This document shows, piece after piece, positions 18,453 to 27,359 of a stretch of DNA of 64,000 bases. The notes under the pieces were generated by a model. That model had not been told where the DNA came from, did no database searches, and saw nothing but the letters and a program-made list of their open reading frames with translations. How positions within the stretch are numbered: the first letter of the stretch is position 1; every line of letters starts with the position of its first letter. The position numbers were made by a program, and so were the translations under genes. The stretch lies in assembly GCA_043757735.1 (NCBI GenBank), contig JAYVOV010000314.1:542-64541 (forward strand), in the 5' to 3' direction. This DNA comes from Burkholderiaceae bacterium. Lineage in GTDB: Bacteria; Pseudomonadota; Gammaproteobacteria; Burkholderiales; Burkholderiaceae_E.

Positions 18453-19013
18453 TCAGCGCCGCTGCGCCCCGGTACCCAGCAGGGTCAGCAGCGCCGGCCC
18501 CTGCGCCAGGCGCAGCTGATGACGAGCCGCATAGGCCAGCGCCTGCGCCGTGACCTCGCCGGTGGTGAGGTAGATGCCGTCATGCACATCGCGCGCCAGC
18601 CGAGCCGCCTGCAGCGCCTCCAACGGCTCTTGACCGGTGCGTGCCGCCTTCCAGCGCCGGCAGCTGACCAGCGCCGTGCGCGACGCCCGTTCAACCAGGA
18701 AATCGGCGGCTGGATCTTTCAGCGGCGTCACCACATACCCGTCGCGCCGATACCCGTCGGCCACCGCCTTCGAGAACGCTTCCCAGGACATCTCGCGCGC
18801 GGACTCCAGCGTCGCGGCAATGCGGCGTTTACTGGGCGCCTGAAACTGCCGCCAGCCGGTGATCGCGCCGATGACCACGAAAGGCAGGGGCAGAAAAACC
18901 GCATACACGGCTGGAATGAACAGGCGTCCCAGCAGAAACAGCCCGGCCGCAACGAGCACGCTGATCCACCAGGGCGATCGCAGCAGGATCGCAAACAGCG
19001 AATTCGGCGACAT
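18453..19013 (-). CDS. Membrane-anchored Mrr-type restriction-endonuclease-fold protein (2 N-terminal TM helices plus Mrr_cat-like domain)
   Basis: Starts at ATG 19013. WWISVLVAAGLFLLGRLFIPAVYAVFLPLPFVVIGAITGW gives the TM pair; GYRRDGYVV...ADFLVERASRTALVSCRRWK resembles the D..E.K nuclease core. Confidence 0.65.
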   Translation of the reverse strand: MSPNSLFAILLRSPWWISVLVAAGLFLLGRLFIPAVYAVFLPLPFVVIGAITGWRQFQAPSKRRIAATLESAREMSWEAFSKAVADGYRRDGYVVTPLKDPAADFLVERASRTALVSCRRWKAARTGQEPLEALQAARLARDVHDGIYLTTGEVTAQALAYAARHQLRLAQGPALLTLLGTGAQRR

Positions 19014-19021
19014 CTTGAACT

Positions 19022-19906
19022 TCACGGACGCGGCTCCGTTGTGCGCAGTTCGCTGGGCTCGCCGGTCGTGCCCCGGTTCACGCCCGGGCGCTGAGTGAGC
19101 ACGTTGCCCGCGCCGGTGCCGAACAGCGCCATGCCCTGAGCGATCCGCCCGCCATCGGCGACCACGGTTTCGCCCGTGATGAAGGATGCATCGTCGGAAC
19201 ACAGAAAAGCCGCCAGCGCGGCGATGTTCTCCGGCTGACCATGATCGGGCCAGGGCTGCGGTGGCAGAACCGACTGAATTTTTTCAGGGCGACCACGATG
19301 CAGCAGCGGGGTCATGACGGTGCCGGGCGCAACACTGTTCATCCGGATACGGTATTGCGCCATCTCCACTGCAATGCTGCGGGTGAGGCTCACCACCGAG
19401 GCCTTCGCCGCCGAGTAGGCGTGCGATCCGGCGCCGCCCATCAGACCCGCGACCGACGCGGTTGCGACCAGCGCCCCGCCTTGCCCGTGTTCGCGAATCG
19501 CCATCGAACAATGCTTCGCACCCAGGAACACGCCACGCACCAGCACATGGAAGGTGTAGTCCCAGTCTTCAACACTGGTCTCGGCGATCGGCCCGAAAGC
19601 ACCCCCTACGCCGGCGTTCAGAAATGCGCAGTCGAGCCTGCCGAAACGCGCGCGGGCGGCTTCGACCATTGCCCGGTTGTCCGCCTCGACCGAGACGTCG
19701 CCGCGAACCGTCACCACCGAGCCGCCGAAGCCCTGCTGCGCGGCCAGCTCCGCCGTCTCGTCAGCCGCAGCGCCGTTGTAGTCGGCAACCACCACCTGGG
19801 CGCCCTCCGCCAGGAAACGCAGTGCTGTCGCGCGGCCGATGCCACTGCCGGCCCCGGTGATCAGGATGGATTTGCCCTCGAAACGCCTGGAAATGACGGT
19901 GCTCAT
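19022..19906 (-). CDS. SDR-family oxidoreductase (about 40-aa C-terminal extension)
   Basis: Starts at ATG 19906. TGAGSGIGRA, NAGVGG, S...YSAAK triad. Confidence 0.85.
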   Translation of the reverse strand: MSTVISRRFEGKSILITGAGSGIGRATALRFLAEGAQVVVADYNGAAADETAELAAQQGFGGSVVTVRGDVSVEADNRAMVEAARARFGRLDCAFLNAGVGGAFGPIAETSVEDWDYTFHVLVRGVFLGAKHCSMAIREHGQGGALVATASVAGLMGGAGSHAYSAAKASVVSLTRSIAVEMAQYRIRMNSVAPGTVMTPLLHRGRPEKIQSVLPPQPWPDHGQPENIAALAAFLCSDDASFITGETVVADGGRIAQGMALFGTGAGNVLTQRPGVNRGTTGEPSELRTTEPRP

Positions 19907-20046
19907 GGAACTCGGACTCCGGTCTCGAAATGAAGTGAAGCTACGCGGCGCGGCGCGGCGCCGGCGCCCAGAGGCGGATCTTGCCAGTTTCGGATGCACA
20001 CAACTCGGATACGATCGACACACCTGCCCAACAAAGGAGACCTGAC

Positions 20047-20829
20047 ATGGACGTGAGAGGCAAAGTAGCCGTGATCACCGGCGGCGCCAGCGGCATCGGG
20101 CGCGCCACTGCAATGAAGTTCGCGGCCGAAGGCGCGGCAGGCGTGGTGGTGGCCGACATGAACGAGGCCGGCGTGCAAGCCGTTGCCGAGGCCATCAACG
20201 GTCTCGGGGTGCGCTGCGACGTCAGCAAAGAAGAAGACATCCAGGCGCTGGTCGCCGCGGCCGAAAAACGGTATGGCCGCGTCGACATCTACTTCTCGAA
20301 CGCCGGCATCGGCAACAGCCGTGGCGCCGAAGCCGATGACGCCATGTGGGACAAGATGTGGAAGATCCACGGCATGGCCCACGTCTGGGCGGCGCGGGCG
20401 GTCGTCGAACCGATGATCGCGCGCGGCGGCGGCTACTTCATCATCACCGCTTCAGCCGCCGGTCTGCTCAATATCGTCGAGTCAGCCGCCTACGCGGTGA
20501 CCAAACACGCAGCGGTGGCCTTCGCGGAATGGCTGTCGATCGCCTATGGTCGCCGTGGCCTGGGTGTCTCGTGCCTGTGCCCGCAGGCGGTCCGCACCGG
20601 CATGGTCCCGGGCGACGGCGGATCGGCCGGTGGCGACGGCATCCTCAGCGCCGAGGCAGTGGCCGACGAGATCGTCAAGCGGATGAGCGAAGCGAAATTC
20701 CTGATCCTGCCGCATCCGGAGGTGCTGCAGTACCTGCGCGGCAAAACAGCCGACTACGACCGCTGGCTGGGCGGCATGCAGAAGCTGTTCTTGAAAAGCC
20801 AGTCGGATTCGAGTCAGATTTTCAAGTAA
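20047..20829 (+). CDS. SDR-family oxidoreductase
   Basis: Starts at ATG 20047 with an AAAGGAGA Shine-Dalgarno. TGGASGIGRA, NAGIG, YAVTKHA. Confidence 0.85.
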   Translation: MDVRGKVAVITGGASGIGRATAMKFAAEGAAGVVVADMNEAGVQAVAEAINGLGVRCDVSKEEDIQALVAAAEKRYGRVDIYFSNAGIGNSRGAEADDAMWDKMWKIHGMAHVWAARAVVEPMIARGGGYFIITASAAGLLNIVESAAYAVTKHAAVAFAEWLSIAYGRRGLGVSCLCPQAVRTGMVPGDGGSAGGDGILSAEAVADEIVKRMSEAKFLILPHPEVLQYLRGKTADYDRWLGGMQKLFLKSQSDSSQIFK

Positions 20830-20934
20830 TTCGAGCCGCCAATCCAGAACCGCACGCTCAATCATTGGGGTCGGCATCAGGGGTACTGTGATAGGTTCAA
20901 AACAGACCCCGACCTTGAAAGCGCGAGCGAAACC

Positions 20935-22437
20935 ATGACCGTCACTGAGACCGAACGGCCCCAGACAGCCCTCAAAACCGAACACTTCGACGTCCTCATC
21001 GTCGGCGCCGGCATCTCCGGCGTCGGCGGCGCGTATCACCTCACGCAGCAGTGCCCCGGCACGCGCTTCGTGGTGCTCGAGACCCAGAAGAGCTTCGGCG
21101 GCACCTGGACCACCCACAAGTATCCCGGCATCCGCTCCGACAGCGACCTCTACACCTTCGGCTACCGTTTCAAGCCCTGGACCAGCGCACCGATCGCCAC
21201 CGCCGCAGAAATCCTCAGCTACCTGTCGGAAGTGATCGACGACAACGATCTCGGCCGGCACATCCGCTTCGGGCACCAGATCCAGTCGGCCAGCTGGTCC
21301 ACCAGGGACCGGCGCTGGACCATCGAAGCCACCCGCACCGACACCGGCGAGCGGCTGCGCTTCAGCGCCACCTTCCTTTGGATGTGCCAGGGTTACTACA
21401 GGCACTCGGAGGGCTACACCCCGCAGTGGCCGGGCATGGATCAATTCAAGGGCAAGATCGTCCACCCCCAGACCTGGCCGGAAGACCTCCACTACGCCGG
21501 CAAGCAGGTTCTGGTGATCGGCTCGGGCGCTACCGCCGCCACTCTGGTGCCGGCCATCGCGGCGCAATGCGCGCACGTCACGATGCTGCAGCGCTCGCCG
21601 ACGTTTTTCGTCACCGGGCGCAACGCCAACGTGGTGGCCGACATGCTGCGCGAGCTCAAGATCGACGAGACCTGGATTCACGAGATCGTGCGCCGCAAGA
21701 TCCTGCACGATCAGGCCACCATCACGCGGCGCTCGTTCAGCGAGCCCGAGGTGCTCAAGCAGGAACTGCTGTCCGGCGTGAAGGCCTATCTGGGCCCCGA
21801 CTACGACATCGACACGCACTTCACGCCGCGCTACCGGCCCTGGCGCCAGCGCATCGCCTTCATCCCCGACGGCGACTTGTTCCGCGGCATCCGTGACGGC
21901 AAGGCGTCGGTGGTCACCGACGAGATCGAAACCTTCACCGAAAAAGGCGTGATGCTCAAGTCCGGCAAGGAACTGAGCGCCGACATCATCGTCACCGCCA
22001 CCGGGTTCAACCTGAACGTGCTGGGCGACATCGCGTTCACCATTGACGGCAAGCCCCTGAACTTCGCCGACACCGTCACGTATCGCGGCACGATGTTCAC
22101 CGGCGTGCCGAACATGGCCTGGGTGTTCGGTTATTTCCGGGCCAGCTGGACCCTGCGGGCCGACATGATCGGCGACTTCGTCTGCCGTCTGCTCAATCAC
22201 ATGAAGGCCAAAGGCGCGTCGATGGTCACGCCGGCGCTGCGCCCCGAAGACCAGGCAATGGACCTCAAGCCCTGGATCGATTCAGAGAACTTCAATCCGG
22301 GCTATGTAAACCGCGGCATTCACCTGCTGCCCAGACAGGGCACGCAGCAGCCCTGGCTGCACAGCCAGGACTACTGGACCGAGAAGGATGAAATGCCGGC
22401 GGCCAGCCTCGACGATGGCGCGCTCAAGTTCGAATGA
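20935..22437 (+). CDS. Type I Baeyer-Villiger (flavin-containing) monooxygenase, EthA-like
   Basis: GAGISG FAD motif; BVMO fingerprint FKGKIVHPQTWP (FxGxxxHxxxWP); second Rossmann motif GSGATA. Confidence 0.85.
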   Translation: MTVTETERPQTALKTEHFDVLIVGAGISGVGGAYHLTQQCPGTRFVVLETQKSFGGTWTTHKYPGIRSDSDLYTFGYRFKPWTSAPIATAAEILSYLSEVIDDNDLGRHIRFGHQIQSASWSTRDRRWTIEATRTDTGERLRFSATFLWMCQGYYRHSEGYTPQWPGMDQFKGKIVHPQTWPEDLHYAGKQVLVIGSGATAATLVPAIAAQCAHVTMLQRSPTFFVTGRNANVVADMLRELKIDETWIHEIVRRKILHDQATITRRSFSEPEVLKQELLSGVKAYLGPDYDIDTHFTPRYRPWRQRIAFIPDGDLFRGIRDGKASVVTDEIETFTEKGVMLKSGKELSADIIVTATGFNLNVLGDIAFTIDGKPLNFADTVTYRGTMFTGVPNMAWVFGYFRASWTLRADMIGDFVCRLLNHMKAKGASMVTPALRPEDQAMDLKPWIDSENFNPGYVNRGIHLLPRQGTQQPWLHSQDYWTEKDEMPAASLDDGALKFE

Positions 22438-22508
22438 CCCGCGCGCAAATGAGCGGGCTAATCAATACCGCAACAGGGCGCCGCCACGCAGCGCCGGCGT
22501 CAGCACCC

Positions 22509-23393
22509 TCACCAAGGGTAAAACGGCGGCATATCCTTGGAGGCTGTCGCCTTGAACTGCGCCGGCCGCTTTTCCAGGAACGCACGCACGCCTTCATGGC
22601 CGTCGTCACGGCTGGTGTAGAACATGGCCAGCGAATCGACCCGATGGGCCTCTTCGGGTGACGCGGCAGCGCTGTTGCGGTACATCATCTGGCGCATCAG
22701 CGCGACCGAGACCGGCGAACGGTCGGTGATGTAGCTGGCGGCCAGCCGCTGCGCGGCGCCCAGGAGATCGGCTGCCGGGTGAACCGCCAGCGCCAGGCCC
22801 GCGCCGAGCACTTCCTGGGCATCCAGGATGCGCGCCGAATAGACCCAGTCCAGTGCCCTGGAGATGCCGACCAAGCGAGGCAGGAACCACGACGAGCAGG
22901 CTTCAGGGACGATCCCGAGCTTGCCGAACACGAAGCCGATCTTCGCCTGCTCGCCGACCAGGCGCACATCCATGGCCAGCGTCATGGTGGCGCCGATGCC
23001 GATCGCGGCGCCGTTTATTGCGGCGATCACCGGCTTCCTGCAAGCGTGGATGGCCAGTGTCACGCGCCCGCCGGTGTCGCGAACGCCGTCGACGATCACC
23101 GGGTCGTCAAGACGGGTGCGCATGTCGTCCATGGTCGGCTGCAGCGACTCGTCGAGCCCGAACACATTGCCTTCGCGCGCGAGATCCATGCCGGCGCAAA
23201 AGGCGCGGCCCTCGCCCGTGACGACAATGGCGCCGACATCGTCATCGTCGTTGACCCGGGTGAACAGGTCGATGAGTTCGCTGGCCATCTCGACGGTGAA
23301 CGCATTGAGCTTGTCGGGCCGGTTCAGCTTGAGGGTCATGACACGGTCGGTGACCGTGATCGCCAGGGTGTTGTAGTCGGTTTTAGCGGGCAT
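22509..23393 (-). CDS. Enoyl-CoA hydratase/isomerase (crotonase) family
   Basis: LNRPDKLNAF, GEGRAFCAGMDL, KPVIAAINGAAIGIGATM, GVRAFLEKRPAQF. Confidence 0.85.
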   Translation of the reverse strand: MPAKTDYNTLAITVTDRVMTLKLNRPDKLNAFTVEMASELIDLFTRVNDDDDVGAIVVTGEGRAFCAGMDLAREGNVFGLDESLQPTMDDMRTRLDDPVIVDGVRDTGGRVTLAIHACRKPVIAAINGAAIGIGATMTLAMDVRLVGEQAKIGFVFGKLGIVPEACSSWFLPRLVGISRALDWVYSARILDAQEVLGAGLALAVHPAADLLGAAQRLAASYITDRSPVSVALMRQMMYRNSAAASPEEAHRVDSLAMFYTSRDDGHEGVRAFLEKRPAQFKATASKDMPPFYPW

Positions 23394-23442
23394 ATCGGAG
23401 AGCCTCGAAGAGTTTGGTTCGTATCAGGTAGTGGCAAAACGG

Positions 23443-23964
23443 CTACATCTGTGACAGCGGCGTCCGGGAGGCGAGCGGATCCGCCTGCAGCGCCGAGTTC
23501 AGGGCGCTCAGGTCGCGGTCGAGGCGCTCGAGCGTCTCGGCATCGAGTGCGGCCAATGCATCCGGCAACACACCCGAGAAAGGAGCCGGGGCTCTGCTGA
23601 GCAATTGCCGGCCGGCCGGCCGCAGTCGCAGCTGCACCGAGCGCTTATCCTGGCCCTCTCTGGCAGTTCCGAGCAGGTCCTGGGCCGCCAGTGACCTGAC
23701 CAGATTGCTGGCCGTGGATTGATGGATATCCATGGCGTTCGCAAGTTCCTTCATGCCGATGTCCGGCCGCTCGGCAATCACACTGAGCGCCCACAACTGC
23801 GCCCCGCCGATGCCAGTCTGTGATTCCACCTGCCGGAAATGCGACTTGACGGCATTGAACACGAGACGAAAGCGTCTGAGAACACAGACGGCCGGATCGT
23901 CTGTCGGCATCTTCTCGGGCGCCTGCCGGTCTTGCCGATCGGCGCGAACTCTGGAGACTGTCAT
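23443..23964 (-). CDS. MarR-family transcriptional regulator
   Basis: GGAQLWALSVIAERPDIGMKELANAMDIHQSTASNLVRSLAAQDLL...DKRSVQLRLRPAGRQLL. Confidence 0.8.
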   Translation of the reverse strand: MTVSRVRADRQDRQAPEKMPTDDPAVCVLRRFRLVFNAVKSHFRQVESQTGIGGAQLWALSVIAERPDIGMKELANAMDIHQSTASNLVRSLAAQDLLGTAREGQDKRSVQLRLRPAGRQLLSRAPAPFSGVLPDALAALDAETLERLDRDLSALNSALQADPLASRTPLSQM

Positions 23965-24015
23965 CTGGCAATCATAGCGTGGCGGCGGCGCGCTTTAAGT
24001 CATGCGGGACCACAG

Positions 24016-24780
24016 TCAATTCGCCCCACCCGACTGAAGGCGCTGCAGAATCCGATCCAGCAAACCGGTCATCTCGTCTGGAGAATCGAGGAAGAACCCC
24101 GCTTTCGAACCGCGATCGTCCCGCCCTATCCGAACGGTCAGCCAGCTCGGCGGAGCCATCACAAAAACCGGCTCGTCATTGATGTCATCGCCCGCAAAAA
24201 ACGCCGTCTTCGCGCCGCAGCACGACAAGAGCGACCGCATCGCCTGAGCCTTGTCCGGCGCGTCCGCGGCCATCACGTTGACGACCTTTTTCCCGGCGAA
24301 AACACGAAGCGCCTGATCGGCTGGTGAAAGCAGCTGATCGATCTGCAACAGCGCACGCGCCTGGCAGTGGGAAGATCGGTAGTGGAACGCGATCGATTGG
24401 CCCTTGTCCTCGATGCGCACACCAACCGCCGCCAGCGACTCCGCCTGGCAGGCGATCAGGACGCGCAGCGGCTCGAGCGCGCGAACAAAGCCCGAGGCCG
24501 CCGACACGCCGTTTTCCGCGCCATGATTCCCGACGCAATACGTTGGATCGAACCCCAATCTCGGCAGAACATCAGCGACCGAGCGGCCAGTCACGATCGC
24601 TACCGGCAGCCTGGCGACCAAAGCCGCTAGCCGCACCGCGACAGCCTCCGGCATTTTGGCTTCGCCCGGCCGATCAACGATCGGCGCGAGTGTCCCGTCG
24701 AAATCGAAAGCCATCAGCGGTCGCCGACGCAAGACCTCGGACAACGCCGCTTCACCGGCTCGTGTGAACAGATGGCGCAC
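24016..24780 (-). CDS. otsB: Trehalose-6-phosphate phosphatase (HAD)
   Basis: FDFDGTLAP motif I, IVTGRS, and GDDINDE at motif IV. Lies immediately downstream of otsA. GTG start at 24780; the start is uncertain. Confidence 0.8.
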   Translation of the reverse strand: MRHLFTRAGEAALSEVLRRRPLMAFDFDGTLAPIVDRPGEAKMPEAVAVRLAALVARLPVAIVTGRSVADVLPRLGFDPTYCVGNHGAENGVSAASGFVRALEPLRVLIACQAESLAAVGVRIEDKGQSIAFHYRSSHCQARALLQIDQLLSPADQALRVFAGKKVVNVMAADAPDKAQAMRSLLSCCGAKTAFFAGDDINDEPVFVMAPPSWLTVRIGRDDRGSKAGFFLDSPDEMTGLLDRILQRLQSGGAN

Positions 24781-24810
24781 CGGGTTACCCCATGACAGGC
24801 GGTCGCGGCT

Positions 24811-27249
24811 TCAATCGACGTGGCTGCGCCGAACGCGCGCCTCGATTCGGGCCCGCAGACGCCAGCGACCTGCGTCCGCCAGCATCCGCCCCGCCCACCG
24901 ATACACATTGAATTCGCGCACTGTGCTGCGCAGGCTTGCCATGCGCTCGCGCTGTTCGGCCAGGGGCATGGTCGCCGCCTGGAGCAAGGCGTCGGCGGTC
25001 TCTTCAACATGATAGGGGTTCACGATCAAGGCCTCAGGCATCTCGCGCGCCGCACCGGCGAACCGGCTCAGCACCAGCACACCTTGAAGGTCATCGCGCG
25101 CGGCAACGAACTCTTTGCATACGAGATTCATGCCGTCGTGAAGGCTCGTGACCACACACAGATCGGCGGCACGAAACAGTTCGGTCACCGCATCGTGTTC
25201 GTGATGGTGCGCCAGCAGATGAATCGGCTGATACCCCGGGCGACTGAATCGTGCGTTGATCCGCTGCACCTTGTCGTGCACCCGGACTTGGAAGTTGTGG
25301 TACTCGTCGAGCGCAGCGCGCGTGGGCGCGGCGACCTGCACGAACACGAATCGACCGATCCACGACGGGTCCTTTTCCAGCAGGCGGTCGACCGCATTGA
25401 AACGCTCGAGGATTCCTTTGGTGTAGTCGAACCGGTCAACCCCGACTGCCAGGCAGACATCCTGCGGCAACCCCAAACGGTCGATGACGCGTCGGCGGCA
25501 TTGCGCCGGGGTCGGCCACGCGAGCATCTGCTCGGCATCAGGCCAGGCAATGGAGATCGGGTAGCTCTCGATCAGTGTTTCCTTGTCCTTATACGAAATG
25601 ATCGAATGCTCGTGCTCAATGCGCGCCTCGAGGTAGCGATCAACCGTCTCGACGAAATTCTTGCAGTGGAATCGGGTGTGAAACCCCAGGATGGTGCTGC
25701 CGAGCATTCCCTGCAGAATTTCACGACGCCATGGACAGATTCCGAAGGATTCAGGATTGGGCCACGGGATGTGCCAGAAGGTCAGGATCGTCGCTTGCGG
25801 GAGCTTTTCGCGGACCATCGCCGGCAGCAATGCAAAGTGATAGTCCTGGACCAGCACCACGGGGTCCTCGCTGCGCGCCTCGGCAACCACCGCGTCGGCG
25901 AACCGCTGATTGACGGCTCGATAGATCGCCCAATCAGACTCCCTGAACACCGGCCGCACATGGGCAACATGGCACAGCGGCCACATCCCCTCGTTGGCGA
26001 AGCCGTAGTAGTAGCCCTGTTCCTCTTCTGGCGTCAGCCAGATGCGGCGCAACCAGTAGTCGTCGTGGCCAGGCGGCACCAGCACCCTGTCGCAGGCATC
26101 GACGACCTCGCGGTCGGCACTGCCGCTGCCATGTGCCACCCAGGTTCCGGAGCAGGCCCGCATCACCGGCTCGACCGCGGTGACCAGCCCGCTGGCCGGC
26201 CGCTTGACCACCACGCCCTGGGCGTCCCGTTCGTGGATGTACGGCTCCCGATTCGACACCACGATCACCTGATCGCCGCTGAGCTGGGTTCGGAGCAGCG
26301 TGCGCAAACGCTCAGCGGTCCACTCGACCTCGGGACCTTGCGCACGACGATACTCGTCCTCCAGGTCGCGCAGCCGGGCGCGCAGATCGGACGCGAAAGG
26401 CGCCAGTTCAGGGGCCGGCAGCAATGGGGTCAACAAGCCCTCGCCACGCATGATGGCGCGCACACCATTGACCCAACCCCGCCAGCTGAGCTGTGCCACG
26501 ACCATCGTGATCACCGCGATCACGAAGCCGAGCACGGCAATCAAGCCGATCAGATAACGGCGCGTATCCTGGCTGCGGCGGTCGATGAAGCTCATGTCGT
26601 GCAGCAGCACGACGCTGGCGACGAGCATCGGCGCGGGGGGCTCGGCGCCCGCGTCCGCAGCAGCAGACCGGGTCGGCGCCGCCGCAGTGCCGGCATCCCC
26701 CTCGGTGCTGAGATACGGTTCGATCGAAACATCCGGACTCGCGACTGGCGACATCGTTATGCTCTGCAGTGAACCCGCGCCCGGTATCGAAGGGCCGATC
26801 GGACCGACAGCCGCTGTTCGAACCGCCGGCAGATGACCCATCACCGCCTGAACGCCGACATGCACAGGCCCGCCCGCCAGGGCGAGATGCGGCTCGGCGC
26901 GCGCCGCCACCGCGATGGCGTCGGCACACGTGAGGCCGACTGGAAATCTGTCGGTCGTCTGCAATATCTCGCCGTCGCCACTGCACAGCGCGATCGCAAA
27001 AAGCCGCTCGTCTTGTGCGGTTCGATCAAACAGGGGTCGAAGCCTCGACAGATCTCCCGCCGCGATCGCGGTCGCGACAGAGTCGGACAACGCATTGGCC
27101 AGCAGGGCGCTGCGGCTGTTCAAGTCGCGACTGAACCAGCGCAAGGTGACCTGGTCCATCAACGGCACCGCCAGATAGGCGGCGCCGATCAGCACGCCGA
27201 TCAGCGGCAGCAGAAACCGCAGCTGCAAACGCATCGTCTTCAGGGCCAT
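24811..27249 (-). CDS. otsA: Alpha,alpha-trehalose-phosphate synthase (GT20) with an about 325-aa N-terminal two-TM extracytoplasmic module
   Basis: The C-terminal about 485 aa carry VVSNREPY, GFANEGMWPLCH, VQDYHFALLP, FWHIPWP, LHDGMNLVCKEF. The N-terminus has TM helices at about aa 11-31 and 232-254. Confidence 0.85.
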   Translation of the reverse strand: MALKTMRLQLRFLLPLIGVLIGAAYLAVPLMDQVTLRWFSRDLNSRSALLANALSDSVATAIAAGDLSRLRPLFDRTAQDERLFAIALCSGDGEILQTTDRFPVGLTCADAIAVAARAEPHLALAGGPVHVGVQAVMGHLPAVRTAAVGPIGPSIPGAGSLQSITMSPVASPDVSIEPYLSTEGDAGTAAAPTRSAAADAGAEPPAPMLVASVVLLHDMSFIDRRSQDTRRYLIGLIAVLGFVIAVITMVVAQLSWRGWVNGVRAIMRGEGLLTPLLPAPELAPFASDLRARLRDLEDEYRRAQGPEVEWTAERLRTLLRTQLSGDQVIVVSNREPYIHERDAQGVVVKRPASGLVTAVEPVMRACSGTWVAHGSGSADREVVDACDRVLVPPGHDDYWLRRIWLTPEEEQGYYYGFANEGMWPLCHVAHVRPVFRESDWAIYRAVNQRFADAVVAEARSEDPVVLVQDYHFALLPAMVREKLPQATILTFWHIPWPNPESFGICPWRREILQGMLGSTILGFHTRFHCKNFVETVDRYLEARIEHEHSIISYKDKETLIESYPISIAWPDAEQMLAWPTPAQCRRRVIDRLGLPQDVCLAVGVDRFDYTKGILERFNAVDRLLEKDPSWIGRFVFVQVAAPTRAALDEYHNFQVRVHDKVQRINARFSRPGYQPIHLLAHHHEHDAVTELFRAADLCVVTSLHDGMNLVCKEFVAARDDLQGVLVLSRFAGAAREMPEALIVNPYHVEETADALLQAATMPLAEQRERMASLRSTVREFNVYRWAGRMLADAGRWRLRARIEARVRRSHVD

Positions 27250-27359
27250 TGCTCGCTTTCTCTGGCAACTTCATCCGGAGACATCAAATGATGCATCGGG
27301 TACTTTCGCATATATATTTGTGCGCATATGACTGATTGTTCCTTTGCTGGAGTTCACTG

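Noticed and set aside
20482-22200. 572-aa ORF on the minus strand
   Set aside because: It is antisense to the BVMO gene, which has clear FAD and BVMO fingerprints. Composition is low-complexity.
24820-26772. 650-aa ORF on the plus strand
   Set aside because: It is antisense to otsA, whose GT20 motifs are unambiguous.
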